DNA of 64,000 nucleotides from Macrostomum lignano (taxonomy: Eukaryota), in contig NIVC01000397.1 of assembly GCA_002269645.1 (NCBI GenBank), forward strand, positions 184,463 through 248,462, in the 5' to 3' direction. The position numbers and the translations under genes are program-made. Within the stretch, counting starts at the first letter, position 1. Every line of letters begins with the position of its first letter. The notes beneath the pieces were generated by a model. It ran no database searches. It was given only the letters and a program-made list of their open reading frames with translations, and had not been told where the DNA came from. This document shows, in pieces, positions 1 through 8,415 of the stretch.

Positions 1-489
1 CCTACCGTTCCTCGCGTTCCTAGCTTTCCAAGCTTTCCTAGCGTTCCTTCCGTTTCGTTTCTAGCGAACTCTAAGTTGTGTGCCAAGTTGACGCTTAAGT
101 TGAACTCCAAGACTCCCGACTTTGCGCGTGACTGCCTCTGGCTCTGATTGTTCCTGCTATCAGCTAGCAGGCCAGCTCAGATCGCCCGAAGCTAGCACTT
201 TCGCTCTCACCCCGCACCAGCCCGGCAGGGACTGCTGACGGTGGGCACCTCTGCGCGAGAACTGCTAAATCTGCACGAAGTGCGAGTCTCTTTCTCTCGT
301 CTTAGTTATTTGCTTCTACGAGCTCAGCACCTCACCGAAGGCTGCGACTCTGCGAAGCTGGTGGCAGCACTACCAACGCTACTAGATCAACCCGGAGACT
401 TCCCAGAGGAGCTCAAGCAACTGTACTTCACCGGGGCAGCGTTCCTATTGAAGGCCTCTAGACAACCACAGGCAAGAACCTGTACTTCA
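1..489 (+). repeat. 5' LTR (R/U5 part only)
   Basis: Matches 9059-9548; ends ...TGTACTTCA, followed by 1 nt and the TGG of the PBS. Confidence 0.95.
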
Positions 490-490
490 C

Positions 491-514
491 TGGTGACTCA
501 GCGGTGGGATTCGA
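491..514 (+). promoter_or_regulatory. Primer binding site, tRNA-Leu-like
   Basis: TGGTGACTCAGCGGTGGGATTCGA; its reverse complement TCGAATCCCACCGCTG(AGT)CACCA resembles a eukaryotic tRNA-Leu 3' end (..TCGAATCCCACCGCTGCCACCA, from memory). Confidence 0.75.
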
Positions 515-623
515 CGAGTCAACGACACGACTATCTGGGATCCGACAAGTCAAGATTCGACTACTACTACACCCAAGACAACCGCTCTTTCGAGTAAGAA
601 TTCGGCTATTCTACTAATTTGAA

Positions 624-1583
624 ATGTTTAACGAGAGAGAAGAGAGCCGGTGCAGCAGCCGGCTGGATCAGCACATCAGCAGTTCGAGACCTGCAGCAGC
701 ATCGGCTGCCGCAGCAGCAGCGGTCAACGACCTTGGTCAGCAGATGCCGCGGCGAAGTGCGAGAAGCGAAGTGTCCGAAGACCCGCCAGACGAGCTTCTG
801 CCAGGTTTGGACGACCTCGGCCAGAACATCAGGCCCCAGGATGTGAGAACGATGATGGCAGCTCTGCAGCAGCAGATGGAGCGGCCGGTAAGCAAATCTG
901 TTAAGATTGTAAAGTACACGCCCAGCCAGGACATCCACGTCTGGCTCGCCGCGTTCGAGCAGCGCTGCGAGATGGAGCGTATCGAAGACCCGATCGAGAT
1001 GAAGCAGCACCTCGTTGCGAGTCTAGATCTGGCAACCGCTTACCCGGCTCTGCTCAGTATGCACCTCCCACGCTATGCTGGCTACGAGGAGGTCAGGCAG
1101 CGACTGATCGAGAGATTCGCCCGCCACGGTGGCGCGGATGAATATCGAGAGCTGCTGAGGCGCCGTCAGCAAGGCAAGAATGAGTCAGCAGAAGAGTACG
1201 CTGATGCCCTGCGCACCTTGGGAGAGCGAGCGTACCCTCGAATGCACCCTGAGGATCGAGAGCGGGAGCTGGCTGATCAGTTCCTAGCTGGCATCAGGAC
1301 GACACCAGATCTGCGCGAGCGGCTCTATTGGGTCCGCCCGAACAATCTGCTGGCCGCTATTCGAGAACTCCATCGTCTGGAAGGCGCCAAGGAACTGGCG
1401 CAGCGCTCTGCTCAACCCCCGGTTCGCATGCTGAACGGGGAGCGCGACGGTGACCCGACGCCCGACGCCACCGCTCAAGCTCTCCTGGCTCTGACTGATC
1501 TGCTAGAGAAACAGCAGCGACTGCTAGACAACCTGGTGCAGCGTGACCAGCAGCAGAAACGAGTCCGCCGGCGAAAGCCATGA
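624..1583 (+). CDS. gag: Gag (capsid); the CCHC zinc knuckle continues in the -1 frame (1580-1651)
   Basis: Retrotransposon capsid-like segments (WLAAFEQRC, RQQGKNESAEEYADALRTL, LADQFLAGI); CYGCGQPGHRNAQC knuckle just downstream, one frame over. Confidence 0.9.
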   Translation: MFNEREESRCSSRLDQHISSSRPAAASAAAAAAVNDLGQQMPRRSARSEVSEDPPDELLPGLDDLGQNIRPQDVRTMMAALQQQMERPVSKSVKIVKYTPSQDIHVWLAAFEQRCEMERIEDPIEMKQHLVASLDLATAYPALLSMHLPRYAGYEEVRQRLIERFARHGGADEYRELLRRRQQGKNESAEEYADALRTLGERAYPRMHPEDRERELADQFLAGIRTTPDLRERLYWVRPNNLLAAIRELHRLEGAKELAQRSAQPPVRMLNGERDGDPTPDATAQALLALTDLLEKQQRLLDNLVQRDQQQKRVRRRKP

Positions 1584-1644
1584 TCTGCTATGGCTGTGGT
1601 CAGCCTGGTCATCGCAATGCACAGTGCCCGTTACGCCAGAACCA

Positions 1645-1651
1645 GGGAAAC
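1645..1651 (+). promoter_or_regulatory. Candidate -1 programmed ribosomal frameshift heptamer G GGA AAC
   Basis: Correct X XXY YYZ phase in the zinc-knuckle frame (CAG GGA AAC); the -1 frame stays open toward the protease. Confidence 0.65.
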
Positions 1652-1877
1652 GGCGAGACGGAGAGCGCCCACGGCAACGCCCTCCGCAGAGCCCAAGCCC
1701 CGGCTACTTGGCAGACTCCGAACGCTCACCAGAAGAAGAGGATGTCGGCTGCGCAGACGCCAATGCCCAGTCCGACAGTCGCTCATCAGTAAGTGAGGCT
1801 GAGTGCGGAGGTTTCGTGGACACCTCCGATGATAAAAAATCCATGCGCGTGAGGCTGATCCGTACGTCACCGGCCGA

Positions 1878-4409
1878 TTGGCGGGCCGAGAAGTCCCTTT
1901 CCTACTAGACAGCGGCAGTCGGAAAAACTTTCTTGGAGCGTCGACCTGGGCCAATGTTAGACGTCGGATGCCTCGTTGTATCATATCGCATGCTATCCCG
2001 GATTGCGTGACCATGTACGACGGTACGCAGCTACCCCTTGCGTGTAAGGTGATCATCCCGGTGGAGTTCGGTGATGTCGTCGCGGACACCGAATTCCTGG
2101 TCACGGTCACCGATTGTGAAAATTTGCTTGGTATTAATTTCATGCGTGAACACTGCCAGAACTTGGACTTTGCTCAAGGAATGTTAAAGTTCAACAATGG
2201 CGCGTGCATTCCCGTTCGCTATTCGCGCCGTGAGCTTCAATCATGCCGGGTGTACACCTCCGAGAAGTGCACTCTGCCGCCGAGAAGTTCAGCGCTGTTG
2301 GCCGTCCAGTTGGATGTCGGCCACCCCGAGAACCGAGGATCGCCATCAATCGTCGAGCTGGTGAAGTCGAGACTGCACCCCAGCTGCAACACTCTGGAAG
2401 CAGCTCCAGCTCTGATGACTATGCCTGAAGGTCGAGGCTACATCGAGGTCGTCAACACTGCTGACTGTGAGGTGTTCCTGCAGTCGGGCATCCGCGTTGG
2501 TGTTGCGACACCACTTAGAACTGCCGACCTGATGTACCTGGAAGAGACGCCGGAACCTGAAGTGCGACATTTGCCAAGGAGCCCTGAAGAGTCCAGCACA
2601 GCTTGGCTAGAGGAAGTCGAGATCAACAGCGAGCTGTCCGAAGATCAACGACAGAGAGTGCGAGATCTACTAGTTGAGTGTCAAGCAGCCTTCTCGAAGC
2701 ATCTGCTAGACGCTGGCCTGACACACCTGGTGACCCACGAGATCATCCTGAAGGATCGGACACCAGTTGCGCTACCACCGCGCAGGATCCCGCCTCATCT
2801 GAAGGACAAGCTAGACGCCCTGCTAGACGAGATGCTGGCGAAGCACATCATTCGCCCGGCTTATTCTAGCTACAACTCGCCAATGCTGATAGTGCCCAAG
2901 AAGGACGGCAACATCAGGCTGGTGCATGACTTCAGAGCTCTCAACGACAAGTGTGTGTACCACCCGTACCCGCTGCCGCACATTCAGGAGACCTTCGCGA
3001 AGCTGCGTGGTGCCCAGTGGTACTCTAGCTTGGATCTCGCTCAAGGATTCTGGCAGATCCCGCTGCGCGACTGCGATCAGCACCTGACGGCGTTCTCTGT
3101 GATTGACCGCGGACAATTCTGTTTCAATGTTCTACCGATGGGTCTCCACGATAGTCCAGGCAGCTTTCAGCGTTGCATCAATAAGCTCCTGGACGGCCTG
3201 ACGCCAAAGACTGCGCTTGGCTACATGGATGACATCGTGGTGCACTCTGTGACCTTCGAGGAGCAGCTGGACAACCTGCGGACTGTACTCCAGCGGATTA
3301 TCGCAGCCAACCTCAAGGTCAAGCCGAAGAAGTGCCATTTGTTCCTCAAGGAGCTGCATTATCTAGGCCACGTCGTGACTCCCGACGGCCTGAAGACCTG
3401 TGAGGACAAGATTGCGCAGATCCGTGATTGGCCCGTGCCACAGTCCGTTACTCAACTGAGACAATTCCTAGGCCTCGCCAATTACTACCACAAGTTTGTC
3501 AACGGCTACGCTGGATTTGCTGCGCCGCTACATGCCCTGACTCGAAAGGACATCGGCAGCCTGCGGCAGCATTGGACTGATGAGCACCAGGTAGCGTTCG
3601 ACACGTTGAAGAAGAAGTTGTGTTCGACTGAAGTTCTCGCTCTGCCTGAGTTTAACTCAGATCCTAATGTGAAGTTTGTCCTAGACACGGATGCCTCAGA
3701 CATTCGCATAGGCGCTTGTCTTGGACAACGGCAATCCGACGGCGTCGAGCGCCCAATTGCATTCTTTAGCCGGAAGCTTCGTGATCCTGAGAAGCGCTAC
3801 ACGGTCACGAAGAAAGAGCTGCTTGCAATCGTGGACGCGATGCGACATTTCCGTCATTATTTAATCGGCAAGAAGTTTGAAGTTCGTTCTGACCATCGGG
3901 CCTTGCTGTGGCTGCTGAACCAGACGCAGGTCACAGGCATCTTGGGCCGTTGGATTGAGCGATTAAGCGAGTTCCGCTTCCAGCTTCACCATCGCAAAGG
4001 CAAGGACCACGCCAACGCTGACGCCCTGTCAAGACGCCCGGAGACACCACCGGTTGACTTCGAACATGGCCGACTGCTGGAGCACCCCGGTTCTGCAGCC
4101 CGACCCGGTGATGACACCAGCCTGGAGCCGGAATTGGACACCACACGTGAGGCCACTGCGAGAGCAGCCCGCACGAAGAAGGTCCACACTCGCAACAAGG
4201 AGGCCGAAACTGCCCTGGCCGAAGACCTGGAGGCCACTGCGCCAGCAGCCCTTCAGCACGACGACCATCGCTGCAGTCAACGCCTGGAGACCGGTTTGGA
4301 CACCAACCCGGAGGCCACTGACACCTCAGCCCTCCGCACGACGCCCACGCCGACTGCCGTTACTTGGAGATTCGCCCGGACAAAACCTCGGAGGCCACTG
4401 CTGACGTAG
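1878..4409 (+). CDS. pol: Pol part 1: aspartic protease, reverse transcriptase, RNase H
   Basis: FLLDSG protease motif; YNSPM..VPKKDG..RLVHDFRALN, LDL..GFWQI, LPMGL, YMDD; RNase H TDASD, KELLAIV, RSDH, ANADALSR. Confidence 0.96.
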   Translation: MAGREVPFLLDSGSRKNFLGASTWANVRRRMPRCIISHAIPDCVTMYDGTQLPLACKVIIPVEFGDVVADTEFLVTVTDCENLLGINFMREHCQNLDFAQGMLKFNNGACIPVRYSRRELQSCRVYTSEKCTLPPRSSALLAVQLDVGHPENRGSPSIVELVKSRLHPSCNTLEAAPALMTMPEGRGYIEVVNTADCEVFLQSGIRVGVATPLRTADLMYLEETPEPEVRHLPRSPEESSTAWLEEVEINSELSEDQRQRVRDLLVECQAAFSKHLLDAGLTHLVTHEIILKDRTPVALPPRRIPPHLKDKLDALLDEMLAKHIIRPAYSSYNSPMLIVPKKDGNIRLVHDFRALNDKCVYHPYPLPHIQETFAKLRGAQWYSSLDLAQGFWQIPLRDCDQHLTAFSVIDRGQFCFNVLPMGLHDSPGSFQRCINKLLDGLTPKTALGYMDDIVVHSVTFEEQLDNLRTVLQRIIAANLKVKPKKCHLFLKELHYLGHVVTPDGLKTCEDKIAQIRDWPVPQSVTQLRQFLGLANYYHKFVNGYAGFAAPLHALTRKDIGSLRQHWTDEHQVAFDTLKKKLCSTEVLALPEFNSDPNVKFVLDTDASDIRIGACLGQRQSDGVERPIAFFSRKLRDPEKRYTVTKKELLAIVDAMRHFRHYLIGKKFEVRSDHRALLWLLNQTQVTGILGRWIERLSEFRFQLHHRKGKDHANADALSRRPETPPVDFEHGRLLEHPGSAARPGDDTSLEPELDTTREATARAARTKKVHTRNKEAETALAEDLEATAPAALQHDDHRCSQRLETGLDTNPEATDTSALRTTPTPTAVTWRFARTKPRRPLLT

Positions 4410-5293
4410 ACCTCCTTGATGATGTCCAAGACTGCGGGTCTCGGAATCTGGAGACGCCCATGGACCACGACTCAGAGGCCACTGAACAAGCAGCCCTTCT
4501 GATGACAGCCCACAACGCGAATCCAGACCAGCAATGTAAGTTCAACTCCCCGGAGTTTTGCGCTGAGAGTTCTCGCCGTGTTGACAGAGGCCAGACTCTC
4601 GCGACGGCTGCAAGGTCAACGCTCTGTCCCCCGAGCCGACAGACAGCTGCTCATCGCCTGTGCGGAAAGTCGAGTCCCCCTTTGCGACACCGCCCAGTGC
4701 TGGAGAAGACTCACCCAATGACGACGATGATCGAGCCGACGGCTACGGCTGCCTGCGACGAGGCGTGCTTCACGTGTTGCGTCTCGCCCTACAGCCAAGA
4801 GTCGCCTGGGCTGTGCAGTGGAGGCAAGTGCACTGCTCCAGCTGCGGAAATTCCTGTCAAGAGAGCGACGATGAGAACTTCGAAACGAGATCAGCGATCG
4901 TACGCCGACGTTGTGAGACAAAGTCCCTCGGAGCGACCTAATCCTGACGCCGACAAGACGGAGTCGCGTGATCAACTGCGAGCCACAGAAGCGGAGACTG
5001 AGGAAATCCGGAACCCTCAGCCATGCCGCGCCGTGCTCACTGATTTTCTGAGGATGCCGATGACGCGGCAACAGTTTGTCGACGCGCAGCGCGCCGACCG
5101 AGCAATCAGCTACGTGCTCAACTTGGTCGAGAACAAAGCCCTGAAGCCTGAGTTCGACGCCCGGTTGCGACTGACGAAGGAGCAGCGGAATCTGCTCGGA
5201 TATTATGATAATCTGCGAGAGGACAACGGCCTGCTGATGATCGATCTGACTGATGGCCAGCAGCCCCGAAGGTTGTCCTGCCCGAAGCTCTAG
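4364..5293 (+). CDS. pol: Pol part 2: long RH-IN tether and integrase N-terminal region (frameshifted segment)
   Basis: Continues the 81-bp repeats begun in part 1; ends with QRADRAISYV...YDNLREDNGLL, typical of sequence preceding gypsy IN. Confidence 0.75.
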   Translation: MEIRPDKTSEATADVDLLDDVQDCGSRNLETPMDHDSEATEQAALLMTAHNANPDQQCKFNSPEFCAESSRRVDRGQTLATAARSTLCPPSRQTAAHRLCGKSSPPLRHRPVLEKTHPMTTMIEPTATAACDEACFTCCVSPYSQESPGLCSGGKCTAPAAEIPVKRATMRTSKRDQRSYADVVRQSPSERPNPDADKTESRDQLRATEAETEEIRNPQPCRAVLTDFLRMPMTRQQFVDAQRADRAISYVLNLVENKALKPEFDARLRLTKEQRNLLGYYDNLREDNGLLMIDLTDGQQPRRLSCPKL

Positions 5294-5301
5294 ATGCCCA
5301 G

Positions 5302-6243
5302 GTGCTCCAGGAGCTCCACAGTTCGCCACTGTGTGGACACCTCGGCCAGACGAAGACGTTGAAGCGGCTACGTGAACGATTCTGGAGGCCCGGATTAGCC
5401 CGTGTCACCGAGAACTTTATCAGTAAGTGCCGCGCCTGTCTTGAAAGTAAATCCCGAAGACGAGACCGAGTACCTGTACAGAGCTTCCCTGTGTGCGAAG
5501 TCCTGGGAAGAGTACATTGCGATGTAGTAGGCCCTATCGCCCAGAAGAGCAAGAGCGGGAACCGCTACATCTTGACGCTATGCGACGCGACGTCGAAGTA
5601 CCCGTTCGCCTATCCGATGAGGAACCAGAAAGCCAAGACGGTCATCAAGATCCTGCAGGAGCGCTTGATCCCTGACTTTGGTGTACCATGCTGGATACAC
5701 ACTGATCAAGGAACCAATTTCACTGGCTCAGCTTTCAAGAAGTTCTGCGACCTGTTTGGCATCCGGCATACGACGACAACACCGTACAACCCAGCTTCTA
5801 ATGGGCAAGTCGAGAACCTCAACAAGCAGCTGAAGAGTGTCCTCACCTGCCTCCTCGAGCGCAACCATAACGACTGGGACACCTTCCTCCCAGCCTGCTT
5901 GATGGCGCTCCGCTCTAGTGTACACCCGGTGACAGGTTTCACGCCTCACTACCTGGTGTTTGGTCGAGACTTTCGACTACCAATCGACAACGCGATCAAG
6001 AAGCTGCCGGAGTATGCCAATCTGCCTGACTATGTCAAGGACTTCCAGCGCCGTTTAGACGAAGCGACTGAGCTAGCAAAGAACGCCTGCATCTGCATCA
6101 GCAACTGCGCGACGAGCACTATTCGAACCTGCCCGCTGCCAAGAAGCTCCAACCTGGTGACCTGGTTTTCCTCAACAACCCGGTGCTCGAACCGGATGAA
6201 GCGGCGAAGTTCCATCGACCTCGCAAAGCGCTGTACGAGGTAG
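5302..6243 (+). CDS. pol: Pol part 3: integrase HHCC zinc finger and DDE core
   Basis: LH-x6-GHLG...CRAC; HCDVVGP, HTDQGTNF, NGQVENLNK. Confidence 0.96.
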   Translation: MLQELHSSPLCGHLGQTKTLKRLRERFWRPGLARVTENFISKCRACLESKSRRRDRVPVQSFPVCEVLGRVHCDVVGPIAQKSKSGNRYILTLCDATSKYPFAYPMRNQKAKTVIKILQERLIPDFGVPCWIHTDQGTNFTGSAFKKFCDLFGIRHTTTTPYNPASNGQVENLNKQLKSVLTCLLERNHNDWDTFLPACLMALRSSVHPVTGFTPHYLVFGRDFRLPIDNAIKKLPEYANLPDYVKDFQRRLDEATELAKNACICISNCATSTIRTCPLPRSSNLVTWFSSTTRCSNRMKRRSSIDLAKRCTR

Positions 6244-6779
6244 TCGAACCCAAGGGCGAGGTCGTCTACAAGATTCGCCGTAGAGTGCCAAACCCGCGGG
6301 CCAGGCGCGACGAGCTAGTAGTCCATCGCCGGAATCTGCTACTCGTCCCTGATGCCGACTACCAGCTGACTTCGGATCCAGAAGTCGACCAGGCCAAGAA
6401 ACGCCGCAGGTCGACAGATGCCCCGGACGGTGCAGGACCCGCGACTCTGACACCGATTCCGGAGGACGATCCGGACGAGGACGATGATGATGATGACGCA
6501 TGGCCGGCCTTCCGGTGGCGCTTCCGGCCGTTGGCGATCCCGGATGTGCAGCCAGGAGGTGGACCGGTCACGACACCAGCGAACCAGGCAAGTGCATTTC
6601 GGCGTGAGCCACTGCCGTATGGTGATCGCCATGATGGTGTGCCTGGTTTGAATGCGTCTGCACCTGCTGCTTCTTTTTCACCTGCCCACGCGTCCCCCCT
6701 TCCCGAACCTTTTTCTGCGGCGCAGTCTCCTGCGCCACCTTCTTGCACCACTCGGTGGAAGCGTCTCCCATACCAGTAG
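6183..6779 (+). CDS. pol: Pol part 4: integrase C-terminal (GPY/F-like, SH3-type) region and acidic/Pro tail
   Basis: FHRPRKALYEVVE...VYKI...VVHRRNL resembles the gypsy IN C-terminal module; joins part 3 after a 1-nt shift near 6081. Confidence 0.75.
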   Translation: MLEPDEAAKFHRPRKALYEVVEPKGEVVYKIRRRVPNPRARRDELVVHRRNLLLVPDADYQLTSDPEVDQAKKRRRSTDAPDGAGPATLTPIPEDDPDEDDDDDDAWPAFRWRFRPLAIPDVQPGGGPVTTPANQASAFRREPLPYGDRHDGVPGLNASAPAASFSPAHASPLPEPFSAAQSPAPPSCTTRWKRLPYQ

Positions 6780-6870
6780 TGGTAGGTAGGCCAGTTAGGG
6801 ATCGGAGGCCGCCGAGAGGCTTCTGATTAGCGATCCTAGGGCCAAAACGTACGTTAGTCGCACCGCCCGC

Positions 6871-8013
6871 ATGCGTGTGCACAAATTAAAACCTTGCAGC
6901 GCAGAAATGCACAAGCGTCCGCTCCACGTGAGCTCAAGCTCCTCGTCCGATGCGGAGCAAGGGCGGCCTAGCCGTAGCCGGCGCCGACCTGGTACCCCGG
7001 TCTCGCCAGAGACCATGGGGATCCCGCGGCGCCCGCTGGAGACAATTAACCGGAGACTCAGGGCTGAAGGCAACGGCTCGGCGAGGCCGACGCGCCAGGT
7101 TGATCGGCGCCCTCACCGTCGCACGCCGTCTCCCGAGCCCCAGAGGCGGAATGGGAGGCCACTCCGAACATCGGCACCCAGGCGAAGCCCTTCGCCCGTT
7201 CTGGAGAGCCATGCAGCTCAACACCCCGCTCGGGGTCAACGACACTCGCCCGAAGTCATCGACCTCACGCGCGACTCGCCATCGCCAGACGCGACTGCGC
7301 GGACACTCATGGTCGACCGGATCGCGGCCGCTTTGGCTTACGTGCAGCTGGAACAGCAGGTGATGCGGGGCTTGGCGGACATCCGCCTCCAAGTCCGCAA
7401 TTCCCTTCCAGACATCGACGGGGCTCGGCCGGCGGCCCGTGAGCGAGTCGGGTCGGAGCACCACGGCAGGCCCGGCGGAACAGATGAACGCGGAGGGGAT
7501 CTCGACGACGCCAGGCATCCCGACGCGGCCCCGTCTCCGATGTCTTGGACCGATGACACTCAGGGAGCGGCCGCATGCTCCTCAGCTGTTTGGACCGACC
7601 TGGCCGCGTCGCTGCGCCGCACCCTGCCCAGGGCCCCGCCACCATCGCCCGAACGTCCGGCGGAAACGCTCGATACCGGCACTCAAACGGAGTCGCCAAT
7701 ACCGGAATACCGAGCTACCGTCATCGCTGCCGGCGCCAACCTGATAAGCGCTGTACTCGTCAGAGCGGCTCGGCAAGGCGGAGAAATCGTTGACCTCGGT
7801 GGCCCGATCTGGGCGGAGCTCCGTCAAACCACGGCCGAGGAGAGGAGCCGGTTATTCGCGGAGGCGGTCGGCCTGGCCGGCCCCGACCTGGAGCGGCCGA
7901 ACCGGCCGTACGCTCTCCACCTGGCGGCCGTCCGCGTTGCCCGATTCATGGGCGGCGGGGAAGAAGACCTGCCGATGCTCTTGATGACTCCGCGTCTGTG
8001 CTATTTTGACTGA
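6871..8013 (+). CDS. ORF3 of the retrotransposon: 380-aa non-env protein of unknown function
   Basis: Uninterrupted ATG-TGA ORF between the pol stop and the PPT; basic/Ser-Pro-rich N-half, EVIDLT motif, predicted helical C-terminal domain; no signal peptide or TM segment seen. Confidence 0.75.
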   Translation: MRVHKLKPCSAEMHKRPLHVSSSSSSDAEQGRPSRSRRRPGTPVSPETMGIPRRPLETINRRLRAEGNGSARPTRQVDRRPHRRTPSPEPQRRNGRPLRTSAPRRSPSPVLESHAAQHPARGQRHSPEVIDLTRDSPSPDATARTLMVDRIAAALAYVQLEQQVMRGLADIRLQVRNSLPDIDGARPAARERVGSEHHGRPGGTDERGGDLDDARHPDAAPSPMSWTDDTQGAAACSSAVWTDLAASLRRTLPRAPPPSPERPAETLDTGTQTESPIPEYRATVIAAGANLISAVLVRAARQGGEIVDLGGPIWAELRQTTAEERSRLFAEAVGLAGPDLERPNRPYALHLAAVRVARFMGGGEEDLPMLLMTPRLCYFD

Positions 8014-8403
8014 TTGGCGGCCGTACGCTGATGTACGCCCTGTTGACAATGAAGTTGCCCCGTTTGCCGCGCTAGTTAAGCGCCCTTATGCAGGAATTTT
8101 AAGCCGGTTGGCTTGTGTATTCAGGTATCGCCCGCGCAATATTTAGGCGCCATTTCTAGGGTGGGCCGGCGCCCCCACACCAAATTCGAGCACTAATTTT
8201 GCGGGCTGGAGCACGAGGAATAGTTAGGCGCAGGCTATTAGCGGGTTGGCGCCCCCGCGGTATCAGGCCACTATCTTTACGACCTGGCCAGTCGCGCAAT
8301 TTCACGAGCGCATTTGAAATTTTGTGTGTTTTCTTTTGTCAGTAAATTCACGTTTACTTTGTTTTAAATAAAGCGCGCGCCGCTTCACTCCGCCTCTTTA
8401 TTT

Positions 8404-8415
8404 GAACGGGGAGAG
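8404..8415 (+). promoter_or_regulatory. Polypurine tract
   Basis: GAACGGGGAGAG immediately before the TG of the 3' LTR. Confidence 0.85.

Noticed and set aside
6871-8013. ORF3 as an envelope gene
   Set aside because: No signal peptide, TM helix, furin-site/fusion-peptide layout or Cys-rich ectodomain.
606-8049. Many antisense and alternate-frame ORFs in the retrotransposon (e.g. 4616-5329, 6934-7518, 1631-2143)
   Set aside because: Shadows of GC-rich coding sequence with no recognisable motifs.
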